This document shows positions 22,101-34,628 of a stretch of 64,000 nucleotides of DNA, in pieces. This DNA comes from Dimorphilus gyrociliatus (lineage: Eukaryota > Animalia > Annelida). Position 1 is the stretch's first letter. Every line of letters starts with the position of its first letter. Position numbers and translations under genes: made by a program. The DNA is taken from NCBI GenBank assembly GCA_904063045.1, contig CAJFCJ010000017.1:957479-1021478 (forward strand), written 5' to 3'. A model generated the notes under the pieces. The model saw only the letters and a list, made by a program, of their open reading frames with translations. It was not told the origin of the DNA and did no database searches.

Positions 22101-25100
22101 TTAAAATTTTTCAAAATTTGTCCACATATCGGGCACTTCTACAAAATATCTATCCATGGCACTGTTAAATCTACCCTTATATACGTCCGGTGGCATTATT
22201 GTTGGCGTTTTACCTGTTTTAATGGTATTTTGTTATGAAGGATGAAAACTACTCATTTTGATATACAGTATAGATATATTAACCTTTCCCTTCCAAATGG
22301 CTATACGTGACTTTAACGACACTCTCTAAAGCTTTATCCCATGTATAAACTCGAATATAGTCTAATATGAAAAGAAAAGCAGATGTTAGTAATGTTATAT
22401 ATTTAAAGCCATACATTGAACTTTAACCTATTATTCCAACAACTAGCTTTTTCTCTTTTTCGTCAACTCCAACAATTAAAGAATAATCCATTATAGATTG
22501 AGAACATAAAAATTTAGTGTCCCTTCGAATTGCCCTCATAAGTATACTTTTGCTATGGCTTCTGACGTACAGTGGATTTTCATTCATTTCTGTTAAATTT
22601 TTCATGATTGGTCTTCTAAATTGATAAAATATATAAAACACATACGCTTCAACAAATTTTCATCCAACAGAACAGTATCCATGCTCTGTTTGCCTTCAGT
22701 ATCAACAAGACGATTTCTCAGAGATCCTTTAAGATCATAAATAGATTGAACGTCTTGCCTAAAAAATTTATTGAACAGTTTATGGCAAAAACAGAATAGT
22801 ATATATTGTAAAAGTATTACTTGTAAAATAGATTCTCTATAACTAAGTATTCATATTTTTTATTACCAATTGTTACACAATAAACTCCAAAAATTTTTGC
22901 GAAAGCAGTAGGAGTCTATTGGTTGGATATGATTAAATGCATTATCATGTAAGAATATATAAGGCTATATAGTATTCACCTTATTGAAAATTGAATCAGT
23001 TATATACTGAATGTACGCCGTAGTAAATTGAAGAAAGGATGTTACTTCATTTGAAATTGATTTAATAATGAAACGTTCATCTAAAATAAAGAGTCCTTTA
23101 TAAAACAAAGCGTTACACAGTAAAACAAGTTTACCTCTAGTTTTATAGAAATCCACTCCGGATTTTCCACCTTGAGGTTTAAATTTAACGCACTGCGAAA
23201 GTGATTGCAGATATCTATTGCAAAAGAAAGTAAAAATATATCAATTACGATATAAAATTAATTAACAAAATATGTACCTGCTCTCTCCAGATGGAAAGAT
23301 TAACGAACGCAAATTATAGAATTGATAAGCAAAATATATTTTACATCTACCGTCAGGAAATTCTGTGAATTTTCATAAAATAAACTATTAAATATATGTG
23401 TAACATTTCTCTATATTATAACTTACGTAATTCAATATGAGGATTTGCAAGTTTCTTCTTTGCACTTTTATCATTTTCAACACTTGTTTGGGAGTGAAGT
23501 TTTAGCAGTTCTATTTTCAGAAATAGTAATTAATAATCTCTAAATTCGTCAGTTTTATCAAATCTTAAAACACATACCATCTTCAAAACTATCAGTCTGT
23601 ATATTAGGATTATAACGAACAGAAGCTTCTGTATCTTTGTGAGTTGATACTTCCACAGATTTTTTATTATCGGCTGAATTTAATTTGCTAGATTGGCTTT
23701 CATAAGAATTTGTTAATTCTTCAGTCATCGATTCTTTCGTTTTTAAGCTAGTTAGAAAATATATGAATTTATTATATAGCTATAACAGAAAAAAGTTCTT
23801 AACATACTTCGTTTGATTACGTTGTGGTTTATTTGAATCATTTTCACTTAATTCTTTCAAGTTAATTTCGTATTCTTTAGAACTGAAAAAAAGATAGTTA
23901 AATAGGGAGTTCAGGTTATAGCAATTTTTTAAAATATGCTCACCTCAGAGCATAAGCTACCAATGATACTGGATATTCATCACTAACTCCTGAGAATTGT
24001 CTTTTAGCTGACGTTAAAGTCTCTTCTAAGCTTTAAAATGGATTTAAATTCATGTATTTGTTAGAAGAAGAAATATACATATAAAATAAATTTACTTTGT
24101 TTCGCTTGTTATAGATGATACTTTTATTAATGGAGTTTTATCTAAGATTTTCGTTAAATTTATCAATTAGCATGCTATTTTAATTGACTATCTACCGTAA
24201 CTTCCTTCCTCGCAACTTCCTTTTGGAGAATCATCTAAATAAGTAAAACAAAAAATTTATAGAACAGTAAACTTATTTAATATGAATATACCTGAATTTC
24301 GTTGAATTTGCCTTAGCCTAGAAACATATCAAATTGATTGAAAATAATGCACATAAAATGCAATCTTAACTTACCATTTATTCCATTTACAAGGTAGATT
24401 TTGCACAATATTCTTCAAAGCTAATATTTGAATATGAATAGATCTCAATATATTATCGTGCTGATCTATTTTGTTATTTTGATTTAATATCTCGTCAAGT
24501 TCATTAACTTTTGTATTGATTTCTCTTAATTCCTAGATAAAAGTTTTAAGTAAGAGGACTATCCATTGATATATTTTTAAACAACCTCATGTAAATTTGA
24601 CATATTATTAGCCGATCCAGGTGAAGTTGACTCCTTGAATTGATTACTTACTGAAGTAGTTCTAAAACAGAATTACAGACTAGCTTATAAGCAATGATTT
24701 TTTTGAATAACTAACAATGCTTTTAGGTTATTTAATTCATTTCGAAGATAAGAAAGAAAAGGTAAAGTTGAAACAACTATTGGTGGAAGATAAATTTCTT
24801 TTTGCTCTAATTTATCAAATCTAATAAAAAATATGACAGCTTAATAGTATATAAATACTATGTAATATGTGTATCTTACCTAAACTGAACCATTTTATTT
24901 TCTTTATAGAATAAATGATCTTTTTTAATATGATCACATTTATCCCATTTACTATCGAACCAAGAAACATATTTGGAAGACATTCGTAATTGTAAATACT
25001 TTCCGAATGAGTAGTGCCAATCAAAGAAAGATACTGGTGATAAATCGGATTTCTATCAAGTTTAAATATAGTGATCTTTAGTTAATTTTTCAAAAAGGAT

Positions 25101-28100
25101 ATAAATTTTCTTACGATTCCACACTCTGTACATTTGCTTTGACTTGAAATACAGCCAGCAGGTACGGAGTCGTTGCTGGAATTCATCGTCTGAATTGTAA
25201 CTTGAAGACTACTATTGTGATATAAATATCTTCTGACATGCTTCAAGCTGGATTTGTCACAACCCTCTGTTGAGCACCTCGACTGTGTATTGAACCAATA
25301 TTTTTCAAGGTATTTTCCTAAAGATATATCTCCTTGACTATAAAATTTTATGGTATCTACAAAAGGTCCTTTGCAAGTTTTAGAAGTTTCATTTTCCACA
25401 ATAGATACAGTTAAAGACACAACCAATCTCTGATGATGTTTCACATCCAGGCAATCTAAAATTTTTGTAACTTCTTCTGCTTGGGAATCGTTACATTCGC
25501 TGCAGTTGTCAAATGAAATTGGCTTAAGATAAGCCCCTCTAGCTCGGAAATCCGCAATCATTGACTAAACAATTATTAAACAGTTAATAGCTTTCGATGA
25601 ATGATAAAATGTAAATATTACCTCAACTTTCCTATCTGTTAGGGAAGTAGTCATTGACAAAGAAATGAAGGGATGATAATCATTGATGTGATGAATAGAT
25701 TCTTTTTGTTGTGTAGGTTCAGAAGAAATACTTCTCAAGCCTTTACTTTTTCTTCTCTCACTTTCATTTCCTTCAAGTAGTTTCGAATGATAGGCAACAT
25801 CAGTAAAATATTGCCTTAAAATAGAATTTTTTCCAGCTTTTGTCTCTAAATATGGAACATATATAAGTGTATAAGGTGAAACTGAAAGAACTACGTCTGA
25901 AAGCGCTCTTTTAAAAGCATTCTCTTTGCTTTCAAGCAATTGAAGTTTATCATAAGCATTAAAAATATCTTCATTTTGCGATTCCTGATAGTTCGATAAA
26001 GGATCGGAGCCATCTTTTATTTCTATTGCCTCCTGTTGTCTTATGGGAGATTTGGATCTTTTAATCGGGCTAGATGTATCTGAAGTCTTTAGACGACTGC
26101 AGTCATTAGTTTTATCGTTTTCAAGATTTTTATAAGAAATCTTTTGAAGAAAAGCTGATGAATTTTCAGGCTGTTTAAAAGTATTAGATAAAATACCATT
26201 AGCCAGAACATAACATTCAAGTTTCGAATTTTGAATAGCATAGATTACAAAGTTGAGTACTTGTTTAACCTAAAAAAATAAAAGGGAGAATGATAGACTT
26301 AAGGTCTGCTAAAACTTCGAAAACAAAATACTTGATTTAATTCTTGTAAGCTATCGCCTCGCAGAACAACGCTTACATAGCAGTTCTCTTCCTTTTCGCT
26401 TTCTAATATAGCGAGATTTTTTACTTTTCCATCTGTTGTTGAGAATGACTTAATTGTGAAATTTGAGCATAAACCAACTTGATCGGAATTAATAAGACCA
26501 TCCACTGTTGTAATAATAGGTATGTGAAACATTTGAGAGAGGCGATCCATAACAGATTTTTTAACATTAGTAATTACAGTTATATTGTCCTTTAAAAGGT
26601 ATTGCAATGCTATACTAGCAACGGTATTTTCAACAAATACAACATCGGGTTTAAGAGAAGCAATTCGAGCGGCACAATTTTTTAAAAAGTCATTTTCTTG
26701 CAAAAGTTGAGGTTCTAAGGATGAGTATTTGTTTTCAACCCTCTGATACTCTATAGAAGTTCTCAAGAGCAACAAGCGGGCATTTTTTATACTTGATTTC
26801 ATCATTTTATGACGAACATTTTTAGAAAAACATAAACCCCTTATTACATGTGACTTTTCAAAATCACCAGCTGTTACTTTTTTAATTTTAATGTATGTTC
26901 TAATATCCATCACTGTAGTGCAAGCTAAAACGCTATCAACTACAATTTTCGCTAGTCCTATTACAGTTGGAGACCATTTTTGATTGAGTCCATGAGAGTT
27001 CAATAAATGCTTTGTCAATATTTCTATATGAGTTTTATATTCCTACAAGTTAGAAAACGATTGAATTAGAAATCATATTTAAGAATTGGGTAATGTTAAC
27101 TTTTTGTAGTTGAAATATCCTTGAATCGACATCATCCTTGTCCGATTTGCCGTTGTCGAGGAAGTCTGAAATTTGTGTACAAATTTTTATGCAAAGATAG
27201 TTCTTAAGATAAAGTCAAAATAAAATACACTAAATAGCATAAGTCTTTTTTAAATAGCATAGAATAAAGTTCAAATGATTGATCTGAATGTTCAAAGAAA
27301 ATATCTGAAAAAATAACGTATGTACCTGTCACAGGTAATATCATATCATATTCATTACTTTCGTCCAATGTTATAGCAGAGCAGTCAGTTATTAATGAAT
27401 CTATGATCGGAAGTCAAAAATGGAAATTTAGTCTAATAATGAAGCCTTTAATTACTAATCAAATTTTGCATTTAATGCTAATCTTTATTTTAACAATTCT
27501 TCTTCAAGTACCTTTTCTTTCGCAACACGGTCCACTATCCTCTCTGCTGTTGAGAATTATCGAATTAGCTTGATACTTAACTAATTAAGGATTTTATTAC
27601 TCAATTTTTGCGTCACAATCGTCTAAATCTCGGTCATCAAACGTAGATGAACTTTCACTAGAAATGCAGTTATCTGGCCTTTCTTTTAAATCAATCTGAT
27701 TTTCAATGGAAATGTTTTAAGTTATTGTTTGAGAGCGTTGTTTAAATCACCTCAGCACTGAATTTTGGATGAGTTTGTAAAATATGATTAGTCTTCTTAT
27801 AGCAATGTGTGCATGCGCGAACAAAATCATTTCGTCCTATTATAAACCCAGCAATTTGCTCATTGCAGCATCTACTGCAGAAAACCTGAAGAAGTGCGTC
27901 AAGATAAGATATAAGATAATGAAAACAATACCATAACGAATGCTACAGTAGTAATAGATAGTAACTTGGCCACAAATTCTGCAGTGATGTCGCCTCCTGA
28001 AAGTGGAAAATTTATCCCCACATTCATAGCACTCCTTGCAACTGTTATCAGGCATCCAGTACTTTTTTAATTGATTATCCTTCCCTGAAGATTTGCTGCG

Positions 28101-28354
28101 GTGTTGCAAGGTTTTTAACCGATCTATGAAAGCTGATTTTAGCGCCGATGCCATATCAGGCGACTTGTCCTCATCATTTTCAGTCTTTACAGGATCGGTA
28201 GTTTCTATATTTTGTGAACAATTTGACGTTTTACTGACTGAATAGTGGAAGTTTTACCTGCTGTCGGTACCGAAGATTGTCTAAATAACTTTCTAATAAA
28301 TTTTTTACTGGATCGCTCATCGTCTTCAATTGGGGGGAATTGATATAAATTCAT
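22101..28354 (-). CDS. PIKFYVE: PIKfyve/Fab1 PI(3)P 5-kinase (FYVE, CCT-like, Cys-rich, PIPKc), more than 25 short exons
   Basis: FYVE KKYWMPDNSCKECYECGDKFSTFRRRHHCRICGQ; CCT-like IKIKKV..KNVRHKMM..IEYQRVENKYSSLEP; kinase GGKSG and IMDYSLIVGVD..LVVGIIDYIRVYTWDK..RFNSAMDRYF; stop 22101-22103. The start codon is inferred. Confidence 0.93.
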
Positions 28355-28670
28355 GTTTAGAAAATATCTAAATGTTTCGTCACATGACTATCGGAAATCA
28401 CCTTAGAATTTCCTCAGAATCTTTTGCTTGGTACCAGTTTATTCTAAATTGAGTGTGATCTACTTTACGAGCCTTGTGAGCGTTATTTAAGAGTAACTCA
28501 GTAGCAGTAAATGACTTTACATTTAGTGTAATCAAAGTTTTAACATTATAAGAAGCGGCTAGAATCGTAATTTTAACATAGTTGGGGTGTTTTGACTATA
28601 ATATACGAGCATTCGGTTTCTTTCACCAAAATTGTATTGGAAACAATTCATTAACATCAAAGAAAGTAAT

Positions 28671-29437
28671 TTATTGGGTTTCCATGATACTTTCTTCAGT
28701 ATGCTTTCCCTTCTCCAAAGCCGCCTTGCGAGACTTCTTTCTATCTAAAATCTTTTTACGGTCCTTGTCCAATTTCAACTTAACAATTACGACCTGGAGA
28801 CACAAAAAGTTCATATAAGTATTCTAGTGTTAAGATTAAAGCGGTTTGATCTTACTTTGCTTGGGTGGATGCCAACGTTGACGGTAGCTCCGTTAGCTTT
28901 TTCACGTTGGATTCTTTCAATGTGAAGGACGAACTTTTTACGGTAGCACTGAACTACTTTGCCAATCTGTTGTCCCTTGTAATGACCGCGGACGACCTGA
29001 AAGAGGGAACTGTGTTTAGAATTTGAAAATATAACTATGAAATTAAGAAGTCTTAATGGATATTCAGTAAAACCAATAATCATAAGATTCATACTGGGGC
29101 GGTAATATCTCATCATTTATAAAACACAATAGGAGAGAGGGTGCGTTAGAGTTTACATCCCTTACACTTCTACTGTTACATGAAGATTCAAGGCGATAAT
29201 ACGAAAATTTTCGGTCATTATCAGTTCCTTGCATGGTCTTCAAGATAGCGTGACTTTCAGTAAATTTACCTGTACTTCATCCTCCTTGCGAACTGGCATA
29301 CTTCTAACACCGTATTTAGTGCGAAGATCTTTTGAGAGAGGAGCACTCATTATTTTTCTTCTGATGTGAGAGGGCGCATTAAAGTGGCGTTTCCTGTTCT
29401 TCCTCCTGGAGGAAGACACCTGCTTGTTGAATTTCAT
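28671..29437 (-). CDS. RPL26: 60S ribosomal protein L26 (uL24), 3 coding exons plus a 5'UTR intron
   Basis: [31 protein letters not shown]..|[22 protein letters not shown]|[16 protein letters not shown]; stop 28671-28673. Confidence 0.97.
29060..29120 (-). ncRNA. SNORD31: Intronic box C/D snoRNA, U31/SNORD31 (snR67)-like
   Basis: Box C ATGATGA (29116-29110); guide TACCGCCCCAGT (29104-29093), complementary to conserved LSU rRNA ACUGGGGCGGUA; box D' ATGA; box D CTGA (29067-29064), about 66 nt upstream of the 3' splice site. Confidence 0.85.
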
Positions 29438-29817
29438 CGTGAGGATGAATCTGAAATAATAATACGATATAAGTAAAGGTTTCAGTGCGGTTGCTTTTAA
29501 CACATATCTCCATTGTAGTACACATTTAATTATTACATTAATAAAAAGATAAAGTATATTATAATCTTAATATAGTGAAAATGTAGGATTCAAGAGAAAA
29601 CTTGAAGTCAGGTTTGCGATTCTCGTTTCATATCACGAATATTTATCAATCTACGATTTTACATAAAATATCTCTTTTGAATTCAATAAAACTGCTGATA
29701 TTTACTAAAGGGTTTATGATCTTTAGATTTCCTCTGAAACAGGGTACTGATAGTGACTTTTAAGCGAGATATTTTCCGATTTTAGATCAACTCACCCTAT
29801 CAAACACGGCTTGCTGC

Positions 29818-29852
29818 AAAAGGAAGTTGCTACGTCTTCCGGTTTCCGTCAT
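29818..29852 (-). promoter_or_regulatory. TCT/5'TOP initiator of RPL26 with an adjacent ETS motif; head-to-head promoter shared with ACADSB
   Basis: Minus strand CTTCCTTTT at 29826-29818, preceded by CCGGAAG; a GTGAGT donor follows about 30 nt later; the ACADSB ATG is only about 90 bp away on the plus strand. Confidence 0.7.
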
Positions 29853-29916
29853 AACTTTTGGAGTAAAAATATTTTAGACCGAAAGAAGTTTTGCAATTAT
29901 TTATCTTCGCGGAAAC

Positions 29917-32166
29917 ATGGCTTCGCAGTTACTAAAGTTCCATAAACTTGTAAGATCTATTTTTAAATGCATAAATGACATTCCTTATAAAACCACATTC
30001 ATATCTAAAATAAATTTAACTCAGTGTTTTTTTCAAAGTCGTACCTCATAATTTGTTAATATTTGTTTTCAAAAGACTTCATCTAGAGTATTCCTAATAT
30101 CGCTCTTTCAACAATTTTTATCTAAATGTAAAAATATTCAAAAACATGTTTCAGAAAGCTTTTGTTCAGCCAAATTTCATTAAAAGTCTACAATGTGTAG
30201 GATCAAAGGCTTTTTCAAGTCAATCAACAGCTAGTAATGAGAGAGAATATGAAATTCTTCAAGGTCCCCTTGATCTATTATCAGAAGAAGAAATTATGTT
30301 TAAAGATAGCGGTATATTTATCCTTTACATTGCTAATATACAGAATTTTTCAACATTTATTTCTTGTAGTTGCAAAGTTTGCACAGGAAAATATTGCGCC
30401 GTTCGTTAAAGAAATGGATAAAACTGGAATTATACCAGATGCTTTATTGAAGAAAGTTTTTGAGCAAGGGGTAAATTTATTACCAATTTTTAAATAATCA
30501 TACAAAATTCTACTTACTTGAACTATAGCTGATGGGTGTAGAAGTGCCAACTGAATATAACGGCTCAGAGTCTACCTTTTTCAATACCTGTTTGATGATC
30601 GAGGAAATTGCTAAAGTTGACATGGGTATACAAATTTGTTGGTTTATTATATTTTTCGTAAAAATTTAAACAAGATTTTTCCTCTCATAAAGGAATTTCA
30701 GTCATTATTGATATTCAGAACACGTTAATTAATAACATGCTAAAGCTATTAGGAACAGCAGAACAAAAAGAAAAATACTTGAAACGTTTTCCTGTTGACA
30801 TGGTCTGATACATAATTTTGTCCTGCTTTAATAAAGTAAACTATGAAATTTTTGTAGGCAGGATCATTTTGTTTATCTGAGGCCGAGTCAGGATCTGACG
30901 CTTTCGCTTTAAAAACGCGAGCTGATCAAGAAGGAGAATATTTCATTCTAAATGGAAGTAAATTATGGATTTCTAATGCCAATGTCGCAGGAGTCTTTTT
31001 AGTTATGGCCAACGCAAATCCAAGCAAGGTAAAACTTGTCTCTCTTTAGTCGAATATTTATAAATCTAAAGTTTTTTTCTTAAAGGGATATAGAGGCATT
31101 ACGTGTTTTATAGTTGACAGAGATACACCGGGTCTCACTGTTGGTAGACCAGAAGACAAATTGGGTATCAGATGCTCATCTACCTGTCCAGTTATATTTG
31201 ATAATGTTAAAGTAGGCTTGTACAAATTACATAAATAAGCAAATAACAGCAAATTTATCATATTAGTGAAAGCGACATCTTGCGTATTACGAATTCAACA
31301 ATATTGTTTACAATCATATATATATACATATATATGTATATATACATGTTTGTGTTTTATATAATTTGACTATATACTTTCAATTAAATTAAGCTCAATT
31401 GAAATATTTAATAATTGAAAATTTTCTACGCTTAGGTTCACAAAAGTCAAATTCTTGGTAAATTGGGTGAAGGATACAAATACGCCATTGGCTTCTTAAA
31501 TGAAGGTAGAATTGGTATTTCCTCACAGGTAATTAGTTAAAAAATAAGATAAAATATAGAAGATAAGAAAACGCAATTGTAATATTCTCTTAAAACCTAA
31601 GTTGGTTGGAGCTGCTCAAGGGTGTCTTGATCATACTCTACCCTACGTTCATGAAAGAAAACAGTTTGGTAAGAAGTTATGGGATTTTCAAGGCATGCAA
31701 CATCAAATTGCTGAAATGGTAACGCATGTTGAAGCAGCTCGTTTATTAACTTACAATGCAGCTAGAAGAAAAGAAGCTGGTTTACCTGCAACTAAACAAG
31801 CGTCTATGGCCAAATATTACGCAGCCGAAGTAAGTCTAGTTTTTTATTTATTTGATAACATAATAATTAAACTTATTGTATACAATGTATTAATAATTTT
31901 TTCAGACCGCATGCAAAGTAACATCAAAGTGTATTGATTGGTTAGGTGGGATTGGTATCACAAAAGATTTCCCAGTCGAAAAATATTATAGGGATGTAAA
32001 AGTTGGTAAGTAGAATATATTACTCAATATTTAAACTATTCTCTTATACATTTTATTTAATCAAATTTTTTTCTACTGATTAGGTACAATATACGAAGGA
32101 ACAAGTAACATTCAACTGAACACGATAGCAAAATACCTTGAGATAGAAGCAAATGAATCTTACTGA
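29917..32166 (+). CDS. ACADSB: Short/branched-chain acyl-CoA dehydrogenase, mitochondrial
   Basis: Transit-peptide exon [11 protein letters not shown], then [90 protein letters not shown]; stop 32164-32166. Confidence 0.94.
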
Positions 32167-34122
32167 AGTAATTGACTTGTATCTGAACTCTTTTCTCCTT
32201 TTTTTTAGAAAGTGCATCTGTTCAACAAGTTAAGTTATTTTTTTTTCAATACAAATACACTGGAAAAAGAATAAAATCTTAGCTGTCTTAGTAAACCAAC
32301 TTATCAGTGAATAAGCTGTCTACAATCTCACTGTGATGATGTACACAGCCAGTTATCGCTTGAAAGTTTGACATTTATATTATCGATTTTGCTGATTGGA
32401 TTCAATACAAACATCACAACAAAGACCTAACAAGGAAAAACCATAGTTGCAGTAAGGCTGCAGTCTATTTGATTTTTACAGGTCAACAACAACATTCAAG
32501 GTTCTTACATAAGAAGTTTGGAAAGGTGACTCAGATATCCACGTGCTAGCTTTCAACTATAGGCCTATATACGGCACTGACACGTGTAGTGGGTCGGCTA
32601 GTAAATAGCAGAGTTCAACACGATATATGTGTAATATACGCATCTATCTAGTTATTATTATGAAGCAACATAGCACATACTAAATAACCTACATTTTACT
32701 AATATTACTGTTGCTTGTATTATTAATTAAAGGTGTTTTGAATTTGGATAAATTTTGAATAGTAAAAGAATATTTCCACCTTGGGTACTTTCTATTGTTA
32801 AAAAATATTCAATCGACTAACTTGTCAGATAATTATATAAGAAATTGGTAAAGATGAGTAACGTAAAAAATAATTATTCTAATCAAGGGTTGTCTACAAG
32901 AATCAATTATTATTAATGATTTACAGAAAGTGACTAGAATATGAAGTATTTTTAGGCCGGATGTTTAATTTTAATTTGAGTTCGAATCTCTGATGAAATC
33001 CAATTAAATAGCCATTAATACGCATTTAGCTTTGTACAACTCTATTTATCTGTTATACATAAAATTTTAAAATGATAAGACAAATATGATTGTCAAGTGG
33101 CTCATCTCGGAGATAGTGAAAGCTAAATCCACGGGTTGTTTCAAAGACCAGGAAGTTAACAACCACCTTAATTGATGTCTAATTAATGACATAACTTATT
33201 TGCTTACGTAAACTACCCTTCCTATTTCATCATACGCTGGGTTATGTAATGAGATGAACTTTCTCTATTTACGAAACGAGGTGAGCATACTCGACATTTA
33301 CGAATCTGTTAAGTTTTTGCTGTTAAGAAGGCCTTAACAAACCGATCGTTGACCTATTGTCACTTTATTGTGACTATACGTCCCATAAAGTATATTTAAT
33401 ATATTCAATTTTAAAACATTTTAAAATAGTTTTAGGTTTTTAAACTATCAGAAGGGGGTCGTCCTATGACCCATTTTTAGACCCTAAAAATTTCCACCTC
33501 ATGACTCAAGGAGCAACTTTCTCAAGCTCTGATTGGCTATTTTAATTTACAGGTGCTTTGCACGTGATTGTTGCCAAGGAACCTCCATGATTTTGGCGGG
33601 AGAAAGGCATAACTTACTCATTCTGTTTTTCGTTATCGTAAACACTACATTACAACAAGAATCTTCCTTTTATAGATACGTATGAAATCATCGAAAATAT
33701 TATTGGTATGTAGTATTAACAATTACAATGTATTACTCATCTCTTGCTATAAAATTGTTAGGTTTCTAACTTATTTATATAAATATTATTAATGAAAGTA
33801 GTATTAATCTTATCAAAAAGAGTTGTAGGGTAAGTAAATCTGTGAATTAATATATCTGAAATGCGAAAATATGAAAAATTCATATATTGTATTCGAAATG
33901 AACTACATTTGGAACATAATAGTAAAAGTTATATAGACATTAGATGAAAATCTACATTGAAAATGTTACTAATACAATAGAATATTGCGCTAAACATTAC
34001 CATCAATATATATATATATATTTATATACTTGTCATTATACATCGGATAGTTTTAACAAAACAATTGAATTGATTTTCTGTTTAATTGTAAATTATTTAT
34101 TAAAAATTTGATTATATATAAT

Positions 34123-34124
<2 letters not shown>

Positions 34125-34156
<32 letters not shown>
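34125..34156. repeat. (AT)n microsatellite
   Basis: About 16 perfect AT units. Confidence 0.9.
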
Positions 34157-34159
<3 letters not shown>

Positions 34160-34611
34160 TATAAATACAATATCAGCATTTACTTGTTATGAAGGTCTAA
34201 GCAATACAAAAATCTCCCTCTTTTTAAAAATAGGCCTTAAAAGAGTATCATATGTAGGAATGACATGGAAAGGTCTCTTTAATATTTTATTCAAGAAAAA
34301 TAACTCTAAAAATATTACTAAAATCTTGTTATCATTTTCTTTTGTTCATCATTTATCTAAAATGTGTAGAGTGGACGTAAATCGATTACACTGCCAAGAA
34401 AAAGTTCATGAACTTTCACTGACACAACAAGGAACTCTATATTTAGTTACTCTCACTTTTTCTCTTTTCGTTAAATAAAACGCTAAGAAACAGATAGCGC
34501 ATTTTCTGTGTGATACAATAACTTATTACCAGTTTTTCTTCATAAGTGAAAGAAAACGGAATTTATATTTATTATTTGCTTTACCATCCAAACACAATAA
34601 GATTGTTTACA

Positions 34612-34628
34612 TCACGTGACTATATAAA
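34612..34628 (+). promoter_or_regulatory. CLEAR-like E-box abutting a TATA box (candidate upstream promoter of the Rubicon-like gene)
   Basis: TCACGTGAC directly followed by TATATAAA; a splice donor AAAG|GTGAAG lies about 105 nt downstream. Confidence 0.55.

Noticed and set aside
29480-29640. Possible C/D snoRNAs in the RPL26 5'UTR intron (CTGA boxes at about 29482 and 29608)
   Set aside because: No convincing RUGAUGA box C, and the best rRNA complementarity I could see was only about 7 nt.
32955-33000. GTTCGAATC B-box-like motif (tRNA/SINE?)
   Set aside because: No A-box at the proper spacing and no cloverleaf.
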